Of a stretch of DNA of 64,000 nucleotides, positions 29,893-40,201 are shown piece by piece. Under the pieces are notes generated by a model that worked only from the letters and a program-made list of their open reading frames with translations, made no database searches and had not been told where the DNA came from. The DNA comes from a candidate division WOR-3 bacterium. Lineage in GTDB: Bacteria; Hydrothermota; Hydrothermia; LBFQ01. Each line of letters begins with the position of its first letter. Position 1 is the first letter of the stretch. The stretch spans positions 32,001 through 96,000 of the forward strand of contig JBDRWW010000005.1 of NCBI GenBank assembly GCA_039802605.1, read 5' to 3'. The position numbers and the translations under genes were made by a program.

Positions 29893-31428
29893 CGTATTTA
29901 TTTTCCTTTCTTCTTTGGTTTTACCGTTTATAGCCTTTGATATTTCGGATAACTTAATCCTTTCGGCGGAAATCATCAAAATCCAAGGGGTATCCTTATA
30001 CTTGTAATTTAAAGATGTTCTCAGGGATGCGGGGTTTTTACCCCCTTCGTTTAGTATTCCTATGCCCATAGCGAGTTTTAAGGATTTATAGGTGTATAGC
30101 CCTTCAAACCTAAGCCTCTCATATCCCCCCAAAAATGCTATGAACCTTACAAAGGGTGCTCCCAAACCCATCCCAAAGGAAGAATTCTTTACGACATAAA
30201 GCGTTGTATTCCAAAACATTAAATCAACACCTAAGAATGCCTCCATCCTATCATCGGGGGTTAAGGTGTTATCACCGTAGAGGAAGTTGTCCGCGTAACC
30301 CCTCACAAAATATACACCAAATTCAACCGTTCTCTTCTTCTTATAAACGCTGCCAATATTTACAGGCTTGGGAGCTTCAACGCTTAAAGTTTCCCCTTTT
30401 CCTTTATCCTCTTCGGACTCTGTGGATTCTTCGTAGGTTTCTTCTTTTGCGGTGGTATCTTTCTCCTCGGGGTTCAAAAGTTTTTCAACGGTTTCCTTAT
30501 TATAGTTATCGTCAAACAGGGATGGTTTGAGTTTATAAGCGGTGTTGTATTCCCTTTGCGCTATCTTGTAAGCATTATACTTATAGGCCAAGAATCCGTA
30601 AAAGAAATGCCCTTCGGCGTAATTTGGGTCTATTTCTATGGCCTTTTGGGCGTGGGTTATAGCCTCGTTGTAATCTTCAAAGAAGAGGGCCTTTATCAAA
30701 CCCCTTCCCAGTTCCTCATAAGCCTCATACATATCCGTACCCGCATATTTTCCTTTGAAACCCCTGAGATCCACCTTCCTCAAAACCTTTTTGACAACAT
30801 GCGTGGGTACGGCATAAGATATCGCTTCCCTGCCGCCTCCCTCTTTGGCAAACACAACTCCAATAACATCCCCATTCCTATCAATCAAAGGCCCCCCACT
30901 ATTTCCCGGATTTACACTCATGTTTAAGGCAATGGGATTTGCATTTTTATCGGAGGCCACAAACCCAAACATAACCTTTAATTCGTTGTCATGATAAGAT
31001 GTTCCCGGATATCCCAGGGCGGCTACCGGTTCCCCCTGGTTCAAGGTTTCCCTTGAAGAAAGACTTATGGTTGGAAAATTCTCACCGGTAATCTTTAAGA
31101 CTGCGATATCGTTATCCGGGTCATCGTATATAACCTCCGCAAAGTATAACCTATCAACCAACTCTTTAAAGTTTGTAGCAGTAGGACCGTTTAACAAAAC
31201 CGCTATTATCTTACCCGACCTTATAACATGACTATTGGTTATTATTGTACCGTTTTTATCAACAAAGAAACCAGAACCCGTTGATACATTCCAATCCGCG
31301 ACCACATCCCCAACGGATCTGAGTTTTGGCAAACCAAAGGATATTATCCTGATCACGGCATCCTTTTTGTCCTTAGTTAATAGCGCATCCCAATTGGGTA
31401 AAGTTATCTGTCCTAAAAGCATTAGCAT
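29854..31428 (-). CDS. trypsin-like (S1C/HtrA-type) serine protease with TPR and beta-rich C-terminal domain
   Basis: GSGF, TNSHV (His), NDIAVL (Asp), GNSGGP (Ser); TPR AIEIDPNYAEGHFFYG; no PDZ domain. Confidence 0.85.
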   Translation of the reverse strand: MLMLLGQITLPNWDALLTKDKKDAVIRIISFGLPKLRSVGDVVADWNVSTGSGFFVDKNGTIITNSHVIRSGKIIAVLLNGPTATNFKELVDRLYFAEVIYDDPDNDIAVLKITGENFPTISLSSRETLNQGEPVAALGYPGTSYHDNELKVMFGFVASDKNANPIALNMSVNPGNSGGPLIDRNGDVIGVVFAKEGGGREAISYAVPTHVVKKVLRKVDLRGFKGKYAGTDMYEAYEELGRGLIKALFFEDYNEAITHAQKAIEIDPNYAEGHFFYGFLAYKYNAYKIAQREYNTAYKLKPSLFDDNYNKETVEKLLNPEEKDTTAKEETYEESTESEEDKGKGETLSVEAPKPVNIGSVYKKKRTVEFGVYFVRGYADNFLYGDNTLTPDDRMEAFLGVDLMFWNTTLYVVKNSSFGMGLGAPFVRFIAFLGGYERLRFEGLYTYKSLKLAMGIGILNEGGKNPASLRTSLNYKYKDTPWILMISAERIKLSEISKAINGKTKEERKINTLFGLGLGLNLEI

Positions 31429-31498
31429 ATGCAACCAATATTATAAAGCCGATGTGTTTGTTCGTTAAACAAAGCATTCCCATTTACAATAAACACCT

Positions 31499-32059
31499 AT
31501 GAAATTGCTGGAAAAGTTCAATTTTAGGAGATTGTACGCGGTATATCCCACTTCCGCGGTCGTGGCCACGGCATATGATGGGGAAAATAAGGCCGTTATG
31601 AGCTTGGTATGGCACACCCCATTGTCCTTTGATCCGCCTTTATACGGCATTTCAGTATCCCCCAAAAGGTTTAGCCACGATATATTTTTAAAGGCGCGGG
31701 CCTTTGCGGTTCATTATTTCCATTATAATTATTCCGATTTCGTTGAAAAGGTTGGTTCGGTTAGCGGGAGGGATGTTGATAAATACAAAGAGTTTAAAAT
31801 TGATTTCTTCACCTCACCGTTAAACAATCCCATAATAAAAACTGCTTTTTTGGTTTTGGATTGCTATTATGTTGAACACTATGTAATAGGCGATCATACG
31901 CTAATTGTTGGGGAGGTTCAAAGGGTATATTACGACGAAGGAAAAGTTGAAATAAAGGATGATTATATTTTGCTGAAAGACAAGAGAACGGTCTTATATG
32001 CGGGTATGGGTGAATACATAACATCCGACCCAAAAACTTTGATTAAGTTAAGAAAGTGA
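31499..32059 (+). CDS. flavin reductase-like FMN-binding protein
   Basis: SFDPP, GSVSGRDVDK, GDHTLIVGEV. Confidence 0.88.
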   Translation: MKLLEKFNFRRLYAVYPTSAVVATAYDGENKAVMSLVWHTPLSFDPPLYGISVSPKRFSHDIFLKARAFAVHYFHYNYSDFVEKVGSVSGRDVDKYKEFKIDFFTSPLNNPIIKTAFLVLDCYYVEHYVIGDHTLIVGEVQRVYYDEGKVEIKDDYILLKDKRTVLYAGMGEYITSDPKTLIKLRK

Positions 32060-32062
32060 GGT

Positions 32063-33691
32063 TTAATCAAATTTTCCCGGAGAGTAAAGGCTCTTGTAAA
32101 TCCAATAGCCCTTCAAAACCCTCCTGACATAAGCACGGGTTTCGTTGTAGGGTATAATATCAATGAATAGGTCGTAATCAAGTCTTTCATACTCGTAATC
32201 GCAAAGCCATCCGTTCAGCGCTCCCATACCGGCGTTATAAGACGCCAAGGCCAAAGCGTAATCGGGGAAAACCCTTAAATATTCCGAAAAAACCCAGGCT
32301 CCAATTAAAAGGTTTGTCTTCGGGTCGTATGGATCTTTAATCCCCTTTTTGAACTTCCTTGAAAATTTTTTAACCTTGTCGGGCATAATTTGGGATAAAC
32401 CCAAAGCACCGGCTGGGGATTGGGCTCTAACCATAAACCTACTTTCTTCCCTTATTAATGCTACAAATAAAAGGGGATCTATACCAAAGGTAGTTGAAGC
32501 CGAATCGATGTAATGGGAAAAGAACTTCTTGTTATAGGGGTAAGCGAGCTTTCCCCACCACAAGGGAATCCCCTCACTTTTATCGGAAATGTCATATATG
32601 TACTGCAATACAAGGGAAGCCCTATAAAAATCCCCACTTTTCAGCAAATCCTTTAAATGCTTGTAAGCCGAGGGGATGTTTTTCAGGTAAAAATCCCTTG
32701 CGTATTGATAACCTGCGATTTTTTCAACAATTTTACCCATCTCGTAAAATCTGGTATCCCCCAATGTATCCCATAAGGCACCTTTCGACCATTTTGGCTT
32801 TATTCCCAGTTTTAAGGAATAGTAATTTAAAGGATCCTCACTTTTTATTATGCGAACATAATAGGTGTCCCGTGTAATTTTGTATAGCCAAAAAGCCGCC
32901 CGAATCCTGTTAAAATCGCCATAACCGCCTTTACGAAAGGCCATATAAAGGTAGTTATAAGCATCCTCTATGTATCCCAAAATGTAAGCGGAAATACCCA
33001 GCCATACCAAACCATCCGATTCGGTGTTTTCATCAGCATAGGATTTTAATAGAGAAAATAGCCTGTAACCCAAATGTTTCATATCGGGTTTGGCCACTTC
33101 CGAGGCCATAAGTCTGAATGCCCTTTCTTCGTCCCCTATATCCGCCAAAACCTTTAAATAAACCTCTATTGAATCGTAAATTTCATCGGTTAGGGCTTTT
33201 ATCAAAGGTTTCACTATATATCCTCTCAAATACCATTTGGGGAGTTTAAGCATTTCGTCAAGGGTTAGGTCTGTAAATTTGCTCTTTGCTACAAGATAAA
33301 GGGAATACTCGTTTTCCTTTGTGGTATCGGCATACTTAAATACGCTATCGTAAAGTTTGTGGTCGAGGAATACGCGCAATTTGTTATAGTTGTCCAAAAG
33401 GGGTATTGCCTTCAAAGAAAACGGGTAATATGGGTATAACTTTGCGAGTTTAATTAGGGAAGATGTATCGGCGAATAATTCGTATTTGGCTTTTAAAACC
33501 TCGGGTATTTCGGGGCAAAGGGTGTAGTCGGTTTTAACACCTTTAAGGGCAATAAATTTACAAGACAATGTGCAAGGAGGGGTTGGATTATTGCAAACCT
33601 CCTTTAATAAACCGTACTCCCCCGCCTTTATCCTATCATAAAGTAAAAACCCCTCAATTTCGGGATATGAGGATATAAGAAATAAGCTCAT
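32063..33691 (-). CDS. soluble lytic murein transglycosylase (Slt family)
   Basis: ALIREESRF, SPAGALGLSQIMP, ALASYNAG, IPYNETRAYV. Confidence 0.9.
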   Translation of the reverse strand: MSLFLISSYPEIEGFLLYDRIKAGEYGLLKEVCNNPTPPCTLSCKFIALKGVKTDYTLCPEIPEVLKAKYELFADTSSLIKLAKLYPYYPFSLKAIPLLDNYNKLRVFLDHKLYDSVFKYADTTKENEYSLYLVAKSKFTDLTLDEMLKLPKWYLRGYIVKPLIKALTDEIYDSIEVYLKVLADIGDEERAFRLMASEVAKPDMKHLGYRLFSLLKSYADENTESDGLVWLGISAYILGYIEDAYNYLYMAFRKGGYGDFNRIRAAFWLYKITRDTYYVRIIKSEDPLNYYSLKLGIKPKWSKGALWDTLGDTRFYEMGKIVEKIAGYQYARDFYLKNIPSAYKHLKDLLKSGDFYRASLVLQYIYDISDKSEGIPLWWGKLAYPYNKKFFSHYIDSASTTFGIDPLLFVALIREESRFMVRAQSPAGALGLSQIMPDKVKKFSRKFKKGIKDPYDPKTNLLIGAWVFSEYLRVFPDYALALASYNAGMGALNGWLCDYEYERLDYDLFIDIIPYNETRAYVRRVLKGYWIYKSLYSPGKFD

Positions 33692-34275
33692 TTTTCAGAA
33701 GGCTTGTGTATAGCCTCTATTTGCAATTCAACCTTTACGGTTTTATCAACCACCAAACCCCCGGTTTCAAGTACCTTATTCCAGTTTAATCCGAAGTCAA
33801 ACCTGTTGATTTCAAAAGATGCCTCAACCCCTATCCTTAGATTGCCCCAAGGATCTTTAATTGGACCATTTATCGTGTAGGGAAAAGATACGGTTTTGGT
33901 AGTTCCCTTTATGGTTAAATCCGCATCCGCCCACCAAGTATTACCCTTTTTATAAACCTTTTTTACCACCATCCTCATTTCCGGATATTTTTCGGCATCA
34001 AAGAAATCGGGACTCCTCAAATGCTCATCCCTCCTTTCATTTCTCGTATCTATGCTTTGAACATAAACCACGCCTTCGGCCTTCGTGTTTTTTGGATTAT
34101 CCGGGTCGTACTCTATCCAACCGTCAAACTTTTCAAATGTGCCCACGACCGTCGTCACCATCATGTGTTTTACCTTGAATGTAATGGATGTATGCGCTGG
34201 ATCCACCACAAACTTCAAAGGCTTTGCATATACCAATGCCGGCGCAAGGGCTAATAATATCGCCATCCTTTTCAT
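33688..34275 (-). CDS. yceI: YceI-family lipid/polyisoprenoid-binding protein
   Basis: Signal peptide, DPAHTSITFKVKHMM, RDEHLRSPDFFD, DPWGN, INRFDFGL.WN. Confidence 0.93.
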   Translation of the reverse strand: MKRMAILLALAPALVYAKPLKFVVDPAHTSITFKVKHMMVTTVVGTFEKFDGWIEYDPDNPKNTKAEGVVYVQSIDTRNERRDEHLRSPDFFDAEKYPEMRMVVKKVYKKGNTWWADADLTIKGTTKTVSFPYTINGPIKDPWGNLRIGVEASFEINRFDFGLNWNKVLETGGLVVDKTVKVELQIEAIHKPSEK

Positions 34276-34361
34276 ATCAGCGGGTATAATAAGGTGTGAA
34301 GGGATACTTTTAGTAAATTATATGCCACTAAGATAATACCCAACTTTTTGGGTAAGTTTCC

Positions 34362-36098
34362 CTATCCATTTAGAAACTCCTTTAAGGTTTTTGCCACCTT
34401 TTTGTTAAAACCGGGGAGCGACGCTATCTCTTCAACACTTGCCTCCTTTATCCCCTTAATGCTCCCGAAATAAGCGAGGAGAACCTTCTTCCTCTTCTCA
34501 CCTATCCCAGGTATTAAATCAAGAACGGATTTATTTGCGTTTTTACTCCTCAATGTTCTATGATAACTCAAAGCAAACCTGTGTGCCTCATCCCTAACGC
34601 TTTGCAGGAGCTTCAAAGCGGGTTCGCTTAAAGGAATCTGAACTATTCTGTTGCCGGGTAATATTACCGTTTCAAACCGTTTTGCAAGGGCCACCGTGGG
34701 AATTTCAAGGTTGAGCTCTTCTAAGGCTTTCAAGGCCGAATTCAACTGACCTATCCCCCCATCTATAAGGATTAAATCCGGTAGCTCTTTACCTTCTTCC
34801 AAAACCCTTTTATACCTCCTATAAACCACCTCATAAATGGCCTTGTAATCGTCAATGCCTTTAACCGTTTTTATTTTAAACCTCCTATAACCGGATTTAA
34901 AAGGTTTCCCATCTTTAAAAACCACAAGGGATGCAACCTTATGGGTTCCAAAGGTGTGGGAAACATCAAACCCTTCAATTATTCTCGGCAGTTTCGGGAG
35001 TTTTAATAATTTTTTCAAAGATTCCAATGATGGGTGAATTCTTTGCGATTTTTGGATATAACCTTCAACCTCCAACCTCGCGTACATTTCTGCCGCCCTA
35101 ACCGTCTCCAAAACCCCTTCATAAGGCAATTTTATGGGTATCCCGTTTATCTCGTTTAGTTCCAATTCAAAAGGTACTATTATTTCATCCACCTTTCTTG
35201 GATTGTTGGCATAGTACATTATAAGAAACTCCTCCAATGTTCCCCTTTCCCCTTCTATTGATGTGGTCGTTAAAAATTTATAACTCCCATTTATAATACC
35301 GCCTTCAAGGGTGTATAAGACCACACACGAAGTATTACCTAGGGTATATATAGCCCAAACATCCTTTTCACCCGTATTCCTTGACATAAACTCGTTTAAA
35401 CTCCTAAGCCTATCCCTCCAAATCGCCGCGGCCTCAAAGTTGAGTTTGTTCGCCTCGTTTATCATCCTTTCGTAAATATACCTTGCGACATCACCAATAT
35501 CACCGCTTAAAAACCTCTTAAACCTCTCAACATATTCCGAATATTCTCCTTTAACATCAAACCTACAAGGTGCTATACACCTGCCTATGTGATACTCTAT
35601 ACAGGGGTTGTATTTTTTACTTGAAGGGAGCTTTAAAGAGCAATTCCTTAAAGGAAATAGCTTTCTTGCAAACTTCAAGAAGAACCTAACCTGTGATCTG
35701 TTCAGGTAAGGGCCGAAGTTCTCGCCATCCTCCAATGGCCTTCTCGTTAGAACCACACGGGGAATTTCCTCACCGGTAAGGTGTATATAGTAAAAAGGTG
35801 TCTCGCTTTTGAGTTTTATGTTATACTTTGGCTGATGCTTTTTTATAAGGCTGGCCTCCAAAAAAACCGCATTCCTTTCCCCATCCGTTATTATGAATTC
35901 CAAGTCATCCGCTTCCGAAACCATCTTTTGCACCCTCTCATCCGTAGGGGATAGGTAGTATTTAAGCCTATTCCTAAGATTCTTGGCCTTACCGATATAT
36001 ATTGGATTGCCGTTATTTTTAAAAACATAAACACCGCTCCTTTCCGGAGCGTTTAATATCTTTTCGGTTATGCTATCTTTGGGTTGAAAGCGATACAT
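34362..36098 (-). CDS. uvrC: excinuclease ABC subunit C
   Basis: GVY...IYIGKAKNLRNR GIY-YIG, UVR domain FEAAA.WRD, DVSH, LIDGG.GQ, RDEAHRFA, HhH motifs. Confidence 0.95.
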   Translation of the reverse strand: MYRFQPKDSITEKILNAPERSGVYVFKNNGNPIYIGKAKNLRNRLKYYLSPTDERVQKMVSEADDLEFIITDGERNAVFLEASLIKKHQPKYNIKLKSETPFYYIHLTGEEIPRVVLTRRPLEDGENFGPYLNRSQVRFFLKFARKLFPLRNCSLKLPSSKKYNPCIEYHIGRCIAPCRFDVKGEYSEYVERFKRFLSGDIGDVARYIYERMINEANKLNFEAAAIWRDRLRSLNEFMSRNTGEKDVWAIYTLGNTSCVVLYTLEGGIINGSYKFLTTTSIEGERGTLEEFLIMYYANNPRKVDEIIVPFELELNEINGIPIKLPYEGVLETVRAAEMYARLEVEGYIQKSQRIHPSLESLKKLLKLPKLPRIIEGFDVSHTFGTHKVASLVVFKDGKPFKSGYRRFKIKTVKGIDDYKAIYEVVYRRYKRVLEEGKELPDLILIDGGIGQLNSALKALEELNLEIPTVALAKRFETVILPGNRIVQIPLSEPALKLLQSVRDEAHRFALSYHRTLRSKNANKSVLDLIPGIGEKRKKVLLAYFGSIKGIKEASVEEIASLPGFNKKVAKTLKEFLNG

Positions 36099-36510
36099 AA
36101 ATCATGGGTGCTGGTAAAACGGAGAATTTGCCCTCCTGGGCGAGTAGATATATGGGCAGATTTATACCCCCTTTTAAAAACTTCAACCTATATCCACCCC
36201 TTAAAAATATCGCCGTATAACTCTGATCGTATATGTTTAACCTCGGTATCCCCGCAGTTGTACCGGAAAACCCAAAAGCCAATTCCCATTTGCCGATGTT
36301 CCCACCAAAACCCAAGGAAGAGTTGAGGAGGACAATGTTTTCTTCTCCAATACTATACCTTATACCACCGACTTCAAAAATCCCAAAGGTTGCTTCTCCA
36401 AAGGGGGCATTAACGCCGAAGGCGGGATAACCGAAAAAAATGGGTAATTCTTTATTTACCAAGCCCGGAAATGTGGCAAAGAGATTAATATTAAAAGCCA
36501 AACTTAGCAT
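36073..36510 (-). CDS. hypothetical beta-rich protein
   Basis: ORF filling the gap between uvrC and the upstream gene; start placed at ATG 36510 (MLSLAFNINL). Confidence 0.55.
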   Translation of the reverse strand: MLSLAFNINLFATFPGLVNKELPIFFGYPAFGVNAPFGEATFGIFEVGGIRYSIGEENIVLLNSSLGFGGNIGKWELAFGFSGTTAGIPRLNIYDQSYTAIFLRGGYRLKFLKGGINLPIYLLAQEGKFSVLPAPMIYVSLSTQR

Positions 36511-37555
36511 ATTCAAACTCCATTCCCAAGTAAAAAGACCTATGCGAGTTGTTGTAAGCAAATGTAAAGCTCCTGCGGAATAGGTTAAGGGATATTCCCC
36601 CAAATAAGGCTTTATCCACCGGATACAGGTATCCTATAAATACCTCGGGTCTAAACCTCTTTGCGAATCTATACCTAATAACGGGCTCAAAACCCAATAA
36701 TTGCCCTCCCCCGCTTAGAAACCACCTAAAACCTATACCCATCTCCCCACCTTCAAAAAATCCCGTATATCCCAACCTGTTTTCAAATATCAGGCCATTT
36801 TTCAAGTTTTCCGAGTTAAAGACATAACCCAAAAAAGAATAAAAGTCCAAATTATACCTACCCCTGACAAAAACCTTACCCACTTCACCCTCCACCCTCA
36901 CGGGGATTATGGTGGTTGATAGGAAGGATATCTGCCTAAACCTTATGTTGTATCCGTTAAAGGTTTTGTAAAACCCCGACCAAAGGGGAACACCGGAATT
37001 GTTATAAACAAATCCCGAAAAGTACCCGTATCCATCACCCCTTGAAACAAACTCCAAACCTCCACTTGAAAGGTATATCCACTCTTCATAAAAGTCCAAA
37101 ACCATAGTGTCATAAGGATACCTACCTATGTACGCGCTCCTACGGAAAGTTGTAAAGAAACCGCTAATTGTGAATTCCTTCAAAAGCGAAGAATAGGATG
37201 AAAAGGAGATCTTCCCAAAGGATACATCATAATCACCAACCTTGTCCGTGTAACTTCCCCAAAAACTTCCTTCAAATTGAAGGTAAGATTTTCCAATTTT
37301 GCCTCCCACACTCATAAATACCGGTTTTGCATAAAATGGCCTTGTAAGATAAGCGCTATCGCTTAAATATTCGGAATTCTGTGAGGATACCGAATAGGGG
37401 TATGTATATGCAAAAACATATTCCCTTAGAATTGATGATGAACCCAAGGAACTGTGATAGTTGGCTATGTCTTCAAGCGTTTTATAAGAATTTGGCAAAG
37501 AAAAGGTTAAACCTCCGGATAAAATTGCGTGTAATAAGGGCAGAGTATCTATCAA
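36491..37555 (-). CDS. putative outer-membrane beta-barrel protein
   Basis: Alternating aromatic/Gly strands, C-terminal Phe; TTG start 1 nt after tRNA-Met. Confidence 0.6.
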   Translation of the reverse strand: MIDTLPLLHAILSGGLTFSLPNSYKTLEDIANYHSSLGSSSILREYVFAYTYPYSVSSQNSEYLSDSAYLTRPFYAKPVFMSVGGKIGKSYLQFEGSFWGSYTDKVGDYDVSFGKISFSSYSSLLKEFTISGFFTTFRRSAYIGRYPYDTMVLDFYEEWIYLSSGGLEFVSRGDGYGYFSGFVYNNSGVPLWSGFYKTFNGYNIRFRQISFLSTTIIPVRVEGEVGKVFVRGRYNLDFYSFLGYVFNSENLKNGLIFENRLGYTGFFEGGEMGIGFRWFLSGGGQLLGFEPVIRYRFAKRFRPEVFIGYLYPVDKALFGGISLNLFRRSFTFAYNNSHRSFYLGMEFEYAKFGF

Positions 37556-37556
37556 G

Positions 37557-37631
<75 letters not shown>

Positions 37632-37701
37632 TAGAAGTGGATATTTTATACCCGAACGATTGGTTTGTGTGAAAATAAAACGGAGGTATAATTCCCGCTC
37701 T

Positions 37702-39267
37702 ATGTCAAGCAAAAACCTTATAAGGTTGATTATTATCCTCTTGGTATTTGTTGGGGGCTTATGGTTGTTGTATCCCACTTATAGGGTTTTAACCATGTCC
37801 CAAGAGGAAAAGGAAAAGATGAACCCCTACGAATTCCAAAAGTTGATGAAGAATTCCCTAAACCTCGGTTTGGATATACAAGGGGGTATGTATATAGTCC
37901 TTTCCATTGACAAATCCAAGCTAAAACCCGAACAGGCGGTGGATGCCGCGGATAGGGTTGTTGAGGTTATAAGGAACAGGGTTGACCAGTTGGGGGTATT
38001 TGAGCCGGTTATCCAAAAGGTCGGTGATGATAGGATAATAGTGCAATTGCCGGGTGTTGTTAGTAAGGAGAGGGCGAGGATGATTATAGGAAAAACCGCC
38101 CTTTTGGAGTTTAAGCTTCTGGCGGATGAAAGGTTATTTGTTGATTTTATTAGGGATGTTGATAGGACTTTGAAAGGGGAAAAAACAGATGGCATTTTTA
38201 ACAGAGAAGATACGACAAAATTGAGCGGGCCGTTTTCAAAACTGCTGGTAGGATTGGAAGGAGATGTAGCGGTTGCGGAAGAAAATTGGGCCAAAGTGGA
38301 TAGCATTTTGAATTTACCCGAGGTAAAGAAACTTGTACCCCCCGGTTATGAAATCCTTTGGGGGGCAACAAAGGAGATTAACGGAAAGAAGTTTAGACAT
38401 CTCTTTATGGTAAAGGCCGAAACTCCCCTTACGGGTGCCTATTTGGTGGATGCAAATGCCACAATTGGACAGCAACAGGCGGCGGGGCAGCCCGTGGTTC
38501 AACTGAGATTTGATAGGACGGGAGCCGCCATATTCGCGAGGATAACCGGTGAAAATGTTGGCAAAAGACTTGCAATAGTTTTGGACGGTATAGTGCAATC
38601 AGCCCCAAGAATTCAAGAAAAAATTCCCACGGGTAATGCCCAGATAACGGGTATTCCGACGCTTCAAGAGGCCAGGGATTTGGCGGCCATTTTAAGGGGC
38701 GGCGCATTGCCCGTACCCGTTAAAATAGAGGAGGAAAGGGTAGTTGGACCCACCTTAGGAAAAGATTCAATAGAAAGGGGTATGAGGGCACTGGCATTGG
38801 CTTTTATAGCCGTAGTGCTGTTTATGATACTATATTACAGGTTTGGCGGAATTATAGCAAACCTCGCCCTTTTGGCAAACTTGGTCCTTATTTTGGACTT
38901 TATGGCCATGCTAAACGCAACGCTGACTATGCCCGGAATGGCGGGGCTTATTCTAACGGTTGGTATGGCGGTTGATTCAAATGTCCTCATATTTGAGAGA
39001 ATAAGGGAGGAACTGAGAAAGGGGAATCCTTTTAGAACCGCCCTTGAAAGCGGTTATTCAAACGCAACCCGTACCATCTTGGACGCAAATATAACAACGC
39101 TTTTAACATCCTTGGTCCTGATGTTCTTGGGTACGGGTCCAATTCGGGGTTTTGCCGTAGTTTTGAGCATAGGTATCGTAATAAACCTATTCACGGCTAT
39201 TGTAATGACGCGTTGGATATTTGAGATTTTGTTGGAAGAGTTAAAGTGGAAAGAAGTGGCGGTATAA
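37702..39267 (+). CDS. secD: protein translocase subunit SecD
   Basis: LGLDIQGG, RNRVDQLGV.EP, LAIVLDG, GPTLG, GMAVDSNVLIFERIREE. Start ATG 37702, 9 nt after TATAAT. Confidence 0.96.
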   Translation: MSSKNLIRLIIILLVFVGGLWLLYPTYRVLTMSQEEKEKMNPYEFQKLMKNSLNLGLDIQGGMYIVLSIDKSKLKPEQAVDAADRVVEVIRNRVDQLGVFEPVIQKVGDDRIIVQLPGVVSKERARMIIGKTALLEFKLLADERLFVDFIRDVDRTLKGEKTDGIFNREDTTKLSGPFSKLLVGLEGDVAVAEENWAKVDSILNLPEVKKLVPPGYEILWGATKEINGKKFRHLFMVKAETPLTGAYLVDANATIGQQQAAGQPVVQLRFDRTGAAIFARITGENVGKRLAIVLDGIVQSAPRIQEKIPTGNAQITGIPTLQEARDLAAILRGGALPVPVKIEEERVVGPTLGKDSIERGMRALALAFIAVVLFMILYYRFGGIIANLALLANLVLILDFMAMLNATLTMPGMAGLILTVGMAVDSNVLIFERIREELRKGNPFRTALESGYSNATRTILDANITTLLTSLVLMFLGTGPIRGFAVVLSIGIVINLFTAIVMTRWIFEILLEELKWKEVAV

Positions 39268-39277
39268 GGAGGGAAAA

Positions 39278-40189
39278 ATGTTTAAGTTCCTTTACAATTT
39301 AAACTTTGATTTTATGGGCAATCGAAGGATAGCATATTTGATTTCCGGAACCCTTGTAGCGCTTGGATTGGTGGGGATACTTTTGAGGCTTACACCTCTG
39401 GCGGGATTGGTGGGCTTGAAACAAACATGGTCAATAGATTTCACGGGCGGTAGGTTGGTACAGGTATATGTTGAGGCTCCAATTGAAAGGGTTAGGGGTG
39501 CAATTCTCGGTGCCGGGATAAATGCGGAAATCCAAAACATAGGAGAGGCCAACAAATTCCTGATAAAATATTCCGGGAATGTTGAAGCGGATAGTGTTGT
39601 TAAAATATTGGAGAACAAACTCGGCAAAAAGGTTAGGCTTGATAGGTCGGATATAGTGGGTCCCCGTATAGGATCCGAATTGAGGGAAAGGGCTATACTC
39701 CTCAGCATTTTGGGTTTAATATTGATACTCATATACATATGGTTTAGGTTTGACTTGGTTTTCGGTTTGGCGGCCACCTTAGCATTGTTCCACGATGCGA
39801 TAATCTCTTGGGGTATATACTCCCTGCTCGGTTTTGAAACGGACATGACCGTAATAGCGGCGGTTCTAACCCTTATAGGTTATTCAATAAACGACTCCAT
39901 AGTTATAGCGGATAGGGTGAGGGAATACTTGGGAAGGTTTAAGCTGATGGAGTTTTCGGCAGAGGAACTCATAAAAATCTTTAACAGTGCTATAAATTCC
40001 ACGCTTTCAAGAACCGTTATAACCGCATTTACCGCACTAATAGTTGTGTTGGCCATTCTGTTCTTTGGGGGACCCGTTCTATTCAATTTTGCCTTTGTTA
40101 TGACCGTAGGGATAATTGTGGGTACATATTCATCAATATTTATTGTTGCGGCTTTGGTATTGGATTGGAGGCTTAGAAGGGAGAAATAA
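39278..40189 (+). CDS. secF: protein translocase subunit SecF
   Basis: IDFTGG, VGP.IG.EL, ALFHD, GYSINDSIVIADRVRE, GTYSSIF; SD AAGGAGG. Confidence 0.96.
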   Translation: MFKFLYNLNFDFMGNRRIAYLISGTLVALGLVGILLRLTPLAGLVGLKQTWSIDFTGGRLVQVYVEAPIERVRGAILGAGINAEIQNIGEANKFLIKYSGNVEADSVVKILENKLGKKVRLDRSDIVGPRIGSELRERAILLSILGLILILIYIWFRFDLVFGLAATLALFHDAIISWGIYSLLGFETDMTVIAAVLTLIGYSINDSIVIADRVREYLGRFKLMEFSAEELIKIFNSAINSTLSRTVITAFTALIVVLAILFFGGPVLFNFAFVMTVGIIVGTYSSIFIVAALVLDWRLRREK

Positions 40190-40201
40190 AATCCCCAAAC
40201 T

